Part shown: piece by piece, positions 53,785-64,000 of the stretch
Numbering within the stretch: the first letter of the stretch is position 1
Layout: the number at the start of each line of letters is the position of its first letter
Assembly (NCBI GenBank): GCA_951406725.2
Contig: OX597821.1
Location: forward strand, 32,736,001-32,800,000
Direction: 5' to 3'
Origin: Octopus vulgaris
Taxonomy: Eukaryota
Length of the DNA: 64,000 nt
Translations under genes and position numbers: made by a program
The notes under the pieces: model-generated
Told to the model about the DNA's origin: nothing
What the model saw: the letters and a program-made list of their open reading frames with translations, nothing else
The model's database searches: none

Positions 53785-54100
53785 GTATATAGTTTTTAAC
53801 ACTTGATTTCGATATTTTGAGAATATTTTTGATCGTTTTGGTCGTATAACGTGGGTTTGTCTCGGTTAACCACTTCACTTTTTTTCTTTTTTCCCAGTTG
53901 GTCACCAAGTGTGAGATGCATCCTGAAGGGAAAAATTTCCCAATCGCTGTCATGGAAACCACTTCTGGTACACACGTTCTCTTACAGCATCTTCTCCGTA
54001 AACAGCACACATCTTCCTGCAGGTTTCTGTAACTTTCTCGACTTTTCTAAACTAAAAAAGCATGACGTGATGATAATGTTCGCTTTAGTACTTCATTTCC
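53785..54100 (-). mobile_element. mariner transposase N-terminal relic
   Basis: EHYHHVMLF*FRK...ETCRKMCAVYGEDAVRERVYQKWF...GNFSLQDA...ETNPRYTT...LKISKSSV. Confidence 0.78.
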
Positions 54101-54357
54101 AGAGTGATTTCACACAAAATACCTGTCTTTTATGTTCGCGTCAAACTACGATAGTGTGTCTGGTACCTCAGAAATCTAACATCTGGCCATCCTACCTTCT
54201 ACCACCACCCTTAATAGAACACTACTCTCCAATAAAATTAGGTCAGAGATTTCTGTGCGTGCTTTTATGAGTGAATTCCTAGCAGTCTTGTGAGAGATGA
54301 GCTGAAGTAGAAACATTTCCATGCTCCTCTAATATCAAACGGAAGTGTTTTATATAT

Positions 54358-54585
54358 ATTTCTTTACTGCCCACAAGGGGCTAAACATAGAGGGGACAAA
54401 CAAGGACAGACAAAGGGATTAAGTTGATTACATCAACCCCAGTGCGTAACTGGTACTTAATTTATCGACCCCGAAAGGATGAAAGGCAAAGTCGACCTCG
54501 GCGGAATTTGAACTCAGAACGTAACGACAGACGAAATACGGCTAAGCATTTCGCCCAGTGCGCTAACGCTTCTGCCAGCTCACCA
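54358..54585 (-). mobile_element. Family A SINE
   Basis: Reverse complement of the 42604-42828 sequence. TGTTTTATATA occurs on both flanks as a possible TSD. Confidence 0.9.
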
Positions 54586-55119
54586 TGTTTTATATAGGTC
54601 GTTAAATATCACGTTGTTTATTTGTCACCCGGTATAGAGCGCCTACAAGTTACGCCATGGAGAAGCATGCTGGAGTATATATTTTCAGCCCTCACTTCTT
54701 TGAGGCCTAAGGTCACTACTGATCCATATTTCAGTGCTTTCCTCCCTCATGTACCATATAGAATCCGACACATTGTTGATATACTTCTTGGCTCATTGTA
54801 TGTGCTGGAGTAGGGGTGACGCATCTATACTTCATATTTCTAATCACTTTCTTCTCTCTTTCTTGTAGTGTGAGTAGGTCTGGTCTCACTTGTTAGTGTT
54901 TATCTTTCTGTCTGACCTCTAGTTTGATTCTTTGCTTCTTTCAAATTCATCTGTGGTGAACTGATCGCGAATAATGCGTCTTAAAGTGAGGAATGTTGAT
55001 ATTTATTAAAAATTCAATGGTTTTGTATTAGACAAAGTAATAGACATTAGCGAATTCGACTAAATACTTCCTAATGCTTTGGTAATAATAAGCGAGTCGT
55101 TGTATAACAGATATGCATG

Positions 55120-55505
55120 TACGACAGTATTAATGAAGAATTATTATAGAATCATTAGTCTGATACTTAAAAACTATGTTAAATATCACAGAATAAGTTA
55201 ATAGACATCAACTAAGATGTTCCGAAACTAAATATCTGAAAAGTCTCTCAGAGAGTAAAAGGCAAATTAACAAATTTGTGGATAAGGGAACAAAGACAAA
55301 TAATCACTGCATTCAGAATGCATCAACCAAACTAATTATATTTATCATAAACGATGTGGGGTAGGAATGGTTTTCTGCAACTAGAGATGTATTTTAAGAA
55401 AAGACTACTTTTGTGGAAGATAAAAGGAAACTAACAGGAATAACTCTAAACTTGGTACAAAGCAAAAGAAACTATTCCAACTTTAGAGATAACAAAATAT
55501 TTCTT
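55120..55505 (+). mobile_element. Old Dong/R4-like relic
   Basis: KNYYRIISLILK...NKLIDIN...IITAFRMHQP...LQLEMYFK parallels the 53460->53100 minus translation. Confidence 0.55.
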
Positions 55506-56499
55506 TCTGTCATCATGTAAACTATAGACTAATATAACAGACTGTAGGGAGAATGGTGGACAAACAAAAACAGAAACTATTTATACTACTAAAATCTAAG
55601 TACAGAAGTGTTTGCTCAGGCGATGGCAAAGAACCTCTCTAGAAGCCTAGCCTAATACATGAAATAATGAACAATGCAAAATTGGACGAAGAAAATAAGC
55701 TAACAACGGTTTTACTGAAAGTGGAGACCAAGTGGTTTTGATTACGCGCAAGACTCAGCTCTTTCTCATATAATAAATATATTATGAAGCAGGGTATATA
55801 CAATCGTTCCAATATTAAAATATAGTTAATAGCTTAGCACGTTCATAGATTTTCTACTGGTTTATTCATCCAATAGATGACATCAATCGATGATGTTGCA
55901 AAATCTTAAAGCGAGCGTAGGTTGTGATAACGAACGCAACTGATGCGGCAATACAAATTTTGTTATATCAGGTTTTTTTGTCAGTTTTTATGGTAATACG
56001 AATATTGATATTTCCGTCTGTCACATATCATTGCAATATTTGCCGAAGTTCTTGAGTGAGCACAGTCAATGTTGGGTTTCTCTGTTTCGACGCAATAAGT
56101 CAGGTACATTTTCTGGGTTATATGGTCTAGTGGAAATGTGTATTCATCAAATGTATTGCCTGCAACTGAGCTGAGGTTGAACAACCATTTCCAGATCTTC
56201 AAACTACACAAATAATTGCTCACTTGTTTATCCTAATCAATGCCGTGTCAGGTCTATATTTACCCAAACAAATTACCTTCAAAATTAGACATCGTAATAT
56301 GAACCTCTTCCTCATGCCAACTATATACACCAAATCTCCTCCAGTTCATTGCCAGCAATATAATTCTGTTACACGGCATTTAAAGACATCTGACTCCACA
56401 GAAGTTATGTCAACACCACGAGCCCCGAAATAATTATATGAAACTGAATTCAATTGAATAAATGTAAGTCCTCACCCACCCACCAGTTTAATATTACTA

Positions 56500-56726
56500 C
56501 CTATTTCTTTATTACCCACAAGGGGCTAAGCATAGAGCGGACAAACAAGGACAGACATAGGTATTAAGTCGATTATATCGACCCCAGTGCGTAACTGGTG
56601 CTTAATTTATCGACCCCGAAAGGATGAAAGGCAAAGTCGACCTCGGCGGAATTTGAACTCACAACGTAACGACAGACGAAATACGGCTACGCATTTCGCC
56701 CGGGGTGCTAACGTTTCTGCCAGCTC
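56500..56726 (-). mobile_element. Family A SINE
   Basis: Reverse complement of the 6283-6512 sequence. Confidence 0.9.
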
Positions 56727-58874
56727 CTTTCCCATGGACACTTTTAGCAGAGTCAAGGTAGTTTTATGTACTCGAACTGCTTCCCCCAGTATTAACACAT
56801 GAGTGTTGTTTCCTTCTTTTGTCTCTCCCATCAACCTCGAAAAATTCGCAAAGGTAAAAACTCACTACTTTTCATCTTACTAAGCCACATTAAAAAGTCA
56901 TTTTATGACAACCTTTTCTTGAACATTTGAACCAAGTTTCTTTGTCATAGAATTACTAAGTTTCCATGAATCTTCTTTGTGTTCCGTTTTTTCTACCTTT
57001 GCAGTTGGGATATTGCAATGTAGCTGGGGTATTTGCAACGGTGTTCTGTTTTTGCAAAGTGGGTATACTTCCTACTGGGGACCGTACGTTTTCATGAACG
57101 TATCATTTCTCGCACACAACTCAACAAACCAAAAGTAAACAAATACAAACAAAAGAATGAAGAAAAGGACAGGAAGAAATGTACGAAATAACACAGTTTC
57201 AGATATTTCCTCATTATTTTCAATAATTATATTTTAGTAATATAATTTTCAAAATTGCGTTTAGGAATAGTCATTTGAGGACATAATATGAAACTAGGAA
57301 CAAATTGACTTAGCAATAACAATAACAACTACATGTAAATTAACAGTAAAGAACGACAGCAACAACCACGGCAACTACTACAACCGCGCCATCAATTACA
57401 GAAGAAAGAAAAATACACGAAATTTGAAATTTTAGTAATAATGTTAATATGAAATTATGAACAAACATAAGATATGAAAGCGGAAGCATTTACAAAAAGA
57501 AATGAAAGGAGTGAATTTGTTAGAAATGTTGGATATATATCGAGTAGATTAGGAAATTCAAAAAGCTGCTAAAATTAAGTATACATCTGACAAATATACA
57601 CAAGAATCTATATACGAAAAAAAAAAAGATCTCAAACAATTACAATGCAACGAAAAAGAGTATGGGAAATGCTTCGAAAGGACAGAAATAGATTTAAAGA
57701 ATAGTTATCATCTTGAATATTTTTACCTGTGAATACGGTTTCTGTGGAGTGAAGTTTGTCACAGAAAAATATCTGCTGCTTCCCTAACGTATAAAATGCC
57801 TTCTATCCATAATTTCAATAAAAGTATTGCTGTTAATTTTAACATCAGTAAACATGGTTCCCATTCAAAGCATATTACTATTACGATATTATTTAGATGC
57901 TTAGATATATCATGAACAATTTGAGATGTTATTGTTGTAGTGTGTGAGAAAGAAATAAGGGAAGTCACGTGACAATTTTGTTGCAAAATTGTTTTATTTT
58001 GCCCAAACCATAAGAAAGTGTTCGAAACTTTGAAATTCCTCTGCTTTAAAATTCATATCACCCGACATTCTAGCCATAAGAGTCAAATTTCCTTCGATAG
58101 CACTCCAGAGAAATGAAGATCATATCAGTTAAAGGTTTCACTGTGTAAATAAAAAGAATAGGCTTTTGTGAAATGTATTTCTTCGTAATTTTTTTTATTT
58201 CATTTTTTGACAAGTTTCTTCTGTATTGAGCGATGTCTACTTAAGTGGGAATGCTACTTCTTTCGAATGATTATTATAGCAAGTTCAACATTAATTTACG
58301 GATGAAATATTTGAACGAATCGCCGATGTTGTATCCTGCGATCACTGGATGTTTCGAGTTTTAAAAGATGCACCTTCATCCAGACTAACAGTGTTAGGTT
58401 GAACAACCCTAGATCTATGTCCAAACAATATTCTACAGACACCACCGACGGTCTCTTTTCAATCAGAGTCATTTAGATGCTTTCTCGGTAGCCTCTATGT
58501 TGTTTTCGATTGTTCATCTCCCCATTCTTGGAAACGTCCAGCGTTCCAGTGATTGAATTCTGACGCCTAACAAATTCATTAGGCGATATAATTATTTTCA
58601 TGCAATAATGTTTCAATGAAAACAGTAACTCACAAAGGATCATTATATATGTTACATACTGACATTTTTTTTCAGGTCCATAAGATGATACTGTAAGAAA
58701 ACACACATTTTAGACCTTGTAAGGCGAAAATCAACGCTATCATGTATTCATCTAAGGATAGTTGCTGTTATTGTTGTTGCGATTACTCACAAGTCGACTC
58801 GCATTGAACTATCAAAAATATGATAAAACCAAAAATTCTATAATCGTATAATCGAAAACGTTTCAGCTATGACT

Positions 58875-59275
58875 AGCTCACGCCGCAGGTTTCCCTTTCC
58901 AGCTCCAGTCAGTGGGATTAGACCGAAGGAATGGCAAAAGGCCAGACGGTATGATAATTTTCCTTCTCCAGCCGCAACTTGGTGTTGTCAGTTACCAACC
59001 CAGGCTCCACTATTTGTCAGGCTGAGAAAGACAAACTGTCAAGGTACCGGTCGCTCTCTGACAGGTTTATGGTCAAACCTGTGACATTTGAGACGGCGTT
59101 CTCCCCACCAACACCACCACCACCACCACGACCATATCGTTGTTCACCGCTTTCGGGGCGGAGATAGTTTTCCGCAGGTGCGTGCCCCCTGAGCCAGAGT
59201 GATTGTTCCAGTGCATCTCCCACGCTGTCCTTCGGAGCAACGCCTTTTCTGTTTTGTCTGCTGGTGACATGAGAA
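58875..59275 (+). mobile_element. CRE-like RLE non-LTR 3' coding relic
   Basis: PVGLDRRNGKRPDGMIIFP...AEKDKLSRYRSLSDRFMVKPVTFET...LFQCISHAVLRSNAFSVL matches GKRPDG, K..KY, P.A.ET and LxQRxS.A.QRGNA motifs. Confidence 0.7.
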
Positions 59276-59683
59276 ATGTTGAAAAATGATAGAAAAATTA
59301 AATAATGTATTCCTTCATTTAAAGAAATTTGAAATTCCTTTAAAGTGATTTGAAAAGAATTTGGCTACTATTTCAACAGAAGCAAGTGTTGATTGTTGCG
59401 CAAAAGTTTCAAGATCTGGATTTGGTATGAGAATGCCAGGAAGTAAGATTATGAATTTATTTTTTATTTTAAACGAGTAGATTTGATAATCAAACAAAGG
59501 GTTGACATTTTTAGGTATCAATTTAAATATATAAAGAATTATAATTAAAAATTGATGTTATTATATTATAATCTAGTAAGTTCCACAAGTTTACTTATAT
59601 TCATAGAAAAAGATATCTTCTTGATGGGATTTTTATTTCGATGAAGCGATGTATATATATACATACACACACACACACACACA

Positions 59684-60265
59684 GACATGACCGAAGTATG
59701 TAGACAACCTTATAATCCTTAAAATTTATTTAAATCTGAAATTATATATTCAAATTATTTATCAACTATTAGAATTGGAATATCTAATATTTAGTAGACA
59801 TACCCTTTGCATTTTTCAATGCAAGAATCCTTAAGCCATGTAACTGATCAAGTAACGAATATTCTCTTGGGGAATTTCTTGCCAAGTTGCATGCAATAAA
59901 CTCAAAAGATCTGGTTTTGAGACTGCTTTCGTGTTCTTTTTACGAAGTGTCCTGCCCATTATGCCCCTGAGATGTTCTTTCCAACCAATCTTGGGTCTTT
60001 TTAGCCGTGTGACAAGGAGCCCCATCTTCCATAAATAAAGAGTCTTCTTGAATCATTTCAACATTAGGGTAAATTGGAAGGATTCCTTTCTGCAATATGG
60101 ACACATACTTATCTGAATTTCTGTCTCCATCATACTCCACCAGCTCTGATCAACGATTGCTCCAAATTACTCCCCAGACCATCACAGAATAGCCATCTTG
60201 TTTCATTGCTGGCAGCAATCTTTTCATATCAAATTCTCGATCACAGAATCTCCAGACCCACATTC
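59684..60265 (-). mobile_element. Tc1-family transposase relic (DDE region to right end)
   Basis: GYSVMVWGVI...NSDKYVSIL...FMEDGAPCHTAKKTQDWL...LLHATWQEIPQENIRYLISYM...KGMSTKY. Confidence 0.85.
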
Positions 60266-60269
60266 GTCC

Positions 60270-60515
60270 ACTGTCAATTCCCGGAGATGTTTTGTGTCCT
60301 TGAAAAAGACACTTTATTTCACATTGCTCTTGTCTATTCAGCTGGCAGAAACGAGTGGTACCATTATCTGAGAGAGTTAGCGATGTCACATTCTGTGTTA
60401 CGCTCTGAATTTCCCTGAGAACCATGATACGTTAATTTCACGAGCGGGTTGTTGTACCGTTGATCGGATCAATTGTAACTGACGTCGTCGTAACCGACAG
60501 AGTGCGAGCTTTTGC
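60270..60515 (+). mobile_element. Degenerate family C SINE
   Basis: GTGTCCTTGAAAAAGACACTTTATTTCAC...CGTTAATTTCACGAGC...CGTCGTCGTAACCGAC, as in 34398-34722. Confidence 0.75.
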
Positions 60516-60517
60516 TC

Positions 60518-60627
<110 letters not shown>

Positions 60628-61731
60628 GAGATAGATAGATAGATAGAGTAAATATAATGAATTACGGAGAGGTTAATAGTTAAGCTATGAAAATAAAGAA
60701 GTACATAATTATGAAAGAATATCGGAAAATTCAGATTTCTAGATTAGCTAAGAAAAAGCAAAAATGATAAACTCTGAAGATTAAAGTTTCAAAGGGTTTG
60801 AAATAATTTTGACAGATTTAGAAATGCACTAATGACAACAATATAAATGCATATTTGCGGCAGCAGGAATTACAACCGTGTTTCGTGGTCTGCTACCACA
60901 ACAGCTCCTTTATAGGATCCAGTTAGCTCAAGACATTATCAGGAGGAACCACGTCCGGTTTCGGCCCCTACTCCTCTACCGTTTTGACGTAGCGCCTCCC
61001 CACCTTTTGGAGGTGTCTTCAGCTCTGGTGTTGGGTACATGTCTTCTTTCTTCTTCTTTCTTCTGTTCCCTGGCCTCTTCGATGTATCGTCAGCGAGTGT
61101 CTGCCGGTGACTGACTGTCTTGTCAAATTTTTCCCTTTAAATACCTGCCACCAGGCTCCAGCAGGCAGCCCCAGCAAGTTGTCACGTGACACTGTCTCAC
61201 CTTAACTGACTAGTGAAGGCGCGTAGATCCACGCACGATGCGAACTGTGTATTAAGAGAAACAGTTATGTGTCTAGTGGATCAAGTTATGGACACTTGGA
61301 AAATTATGAATTTAGGAGAAACAAAAGTATAAAGAACAAGGCCAAAAAGAAAAACAGCCTATCAGTGTTTTCTAGAAGGAACAGAACATTAAAGAACACT
61401 AAACAGAATAAATGAGTTTCGTGTAATGAATAACAAATATCTATATAGCTGATGGGTAAAAGAGAAAGATAAGTGATACCTATAAAGTTGGTTATATTAA
61501 ATAGACGTTAGCCATTGCAATATTAACAGATATACATTTACAAACAAAGCCTAATCGTATATTGCCTTCCCGTCTACTTCCCCATTTATACGGAATGGTC
61601 CAAATAAATGCGATGGTAAAAGGATTTCCCATATTCAATGTTCTGAAATAACTAAAGAATGTGCTTTTAGAAGTTCCATTATATGGTATATATACAAATA
61701 TACATTTTTTGAAGTAGTTATTGTATGTATG

Positions 61732-61771
<40 letters not shown>

Positions 61772-62517
61772 GAACATGAGCAAAAATACAATAATTTGTA
61801 TATATCGAACACGATCAAAAATACAATAATATATATATATAAATACAATAACATATACATCTATATATATATATGAGTTATTTTCTTGTTGGCCACCATC
61901 GATATTCATGCTGTAATGTACTACGCGTAGATTTCAACTAATGGGACATGTGTAAACTAAGTGCACGTAGGATATTGTTGTTAATAAAATATATAGTCAC
62001 TACGTTCCGATGTACTGAATTATTTGATAAAGTATAATTTGACTACTCATATGAATATCAAAAACTGAAACAAGTTCTTTAAAGCCAAAAAGGCGTGAAA
62101 AGCAATATACAGCGCTAGGCATTGAAAAATATACTACCTTGAGCAAAATGTTTTTTAAACAAGTTTTCCTCTTCATTGTTACAAAGTGCGGAATGCCAAA
62201 TTGTGCTACATGATTGTATTTGAGCGAATGCTCAGATTTCAATTAAAAAGATGGACAAACTTTTGGAATACGAGAGAGTTCTGCAGATAAGCCTGAAACG
62301 TTAATTTCTGTGATAAGATCTTGTGGATATGTGAAAAATTCCTTTCAATGGCGATATGGTGCAGGGACGGAGCTACCGAGTGTTAATGTATTTCAAAGTA
62401 TTTCAAAGTTAGAAATGCTTAGGTTCAAACGCAGAGCAACAACGAATAAACCAATAAAACCATTTATAAAGATCAATAAGCCACATTTAAACGTTTGATT
62501 TAATAATCGCTGAAATA

Positions 62518-62817
<300 letters not shown>

Positions 62818-63663
62818 AATAATATGCCTTGTTATGTAAAGAAAATAGCCGCAAACTCAAATTCGTTTTTAAATAAACTTTAAAATATAGTACTCGTTTT
62901 CTTTGAATAGCTCTTAAGAGCATAAACCTGTTGGTGTTGCATGTGGAAATATTAACAGGTCTGAAACGATATAACAATTAGTTGTTGTTTAATATATCTA
63001 ACAGTTTGAATAATAATTGCGAGTTATAGATTTTCGTTTTCATAGTCAAGTTGAAATCTCATGAGTTAAATTTCTTAGAAATTAAACCGTCAACGGAAGC
63101 TAATAAACGCTTCCCAAAAGTTTGGTTATCGATCGCCACTGTGTTAGATAACTATCCTGTCGCGGAGACATCGAGGCAAACTCGTATTTGTTTATAAGAC
63201 GACTGCTTGAGACTCCCAATTTTTTTACTAACGCCAGTATAACAGTATAATACAGAATGCTGTGTGTGACTTTTACCTTAGGTTGTACGTTAAGAATCTA
63301 AAAATATAAAACGAAGCTATGTAGGCCTATAGACCGACTTATGAACCAATAGTAGTCGTAAGTCGATGATCACCTGAATATACTATTACTGTAAAGGTTT
63401 CGGCGTTTTTTGAGGGTGAGACGCTTCTAATATTAGATATTTAGTTCTTGTCTGCGAATATGTGTGGTATATGCGTATGCATTCCTTTGTATTTTTGCGT
63501 GTGTGTCATATTGGTGAGAAATTATAAGTTTAAATAAATACGGGGAAAAGTAACAGAGAGAATCCTTCTTTATTATTTCAATATGAAATTTTCACCCGAA
63601 CAAATGTATTGAGTTCTTTCTTTTACAGAAACGCTTCAAATTACTCATGTATATATTCGATCT

Positions 63664-63729
<66 letters not shown>

Positions 63730-64000
63730 CGTTTGTGAGTGTGTGTGTGTGTGTGTTTTGTGGGTTTTGTGTGCATGTGCGCGCGGAAGCGACTGTGCAA
63801 AAATGGATGCAAGCAAAAGTATAGAAGCAACAGAAAAGATATGAGAGTGCGATGCGAATTTACACTCACACACCACGCGCACGCACACACGCAAACATAA
63901 ACATGCATACACACACACGCACATACACACATATATTTCCACACACATATGCGTGTGTTTATATTTGTATGAATGATTGCGTAAGTATATATGTATGTAT

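Noticed and set aside
57760-58330. Possible Mutator-like transposase relic on the minus strand (NHS, VREAADIF)
   Set aside because: The similarity is fragmentary across frames and not supportable by eye.
62275-62306. HHR-like CTGCAGA...GAAACGTT
   Set aside because: The core is mutated at a conserved A and no stem II can form.

Overview
Very AT-rich eukaryotic, repeat-dominated DNA. The SINE complement and (TA)n/(CATA)n/(GATA)n/(TAA)n load suggest an octopod cephalopod; this is inferred from recall, not a search. I found no supportable host exon, and almost all ORFs in the track are translated microsatellites. Identifiable content includes a 5'-truncated Penelope-like element (PLE; RT plus GIY-YIG, 35245-37536) and many PLE terminal fragments. 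There are also restriction-like-endonuclease (RLE) non-LTR retrotransposon fragments (R4/Dong-, HERO- and CRE-like), an RTE 3' end, Tc1/mariner/pogo relics, a Helitron relic, MITEs and several tRNA-derived SINE families. The most notable signal is a recurring ribozyme-linked insertion architecture. About a dozen minimal type I hammerhead (HHR) motifs are visible by eye. Several stereotyped long-arm/short-arm foldback insertions have their short arm joined to the target through internal microhomology, and two have clear TSDs. One tRNA-headed, HHR-bearing SINE-like element (51030-53778) shows the same 5' inversion, suggesting a PLE-mobilised SINE. Boundaries are read by eye and are approximate unless exact motifs are quoted.
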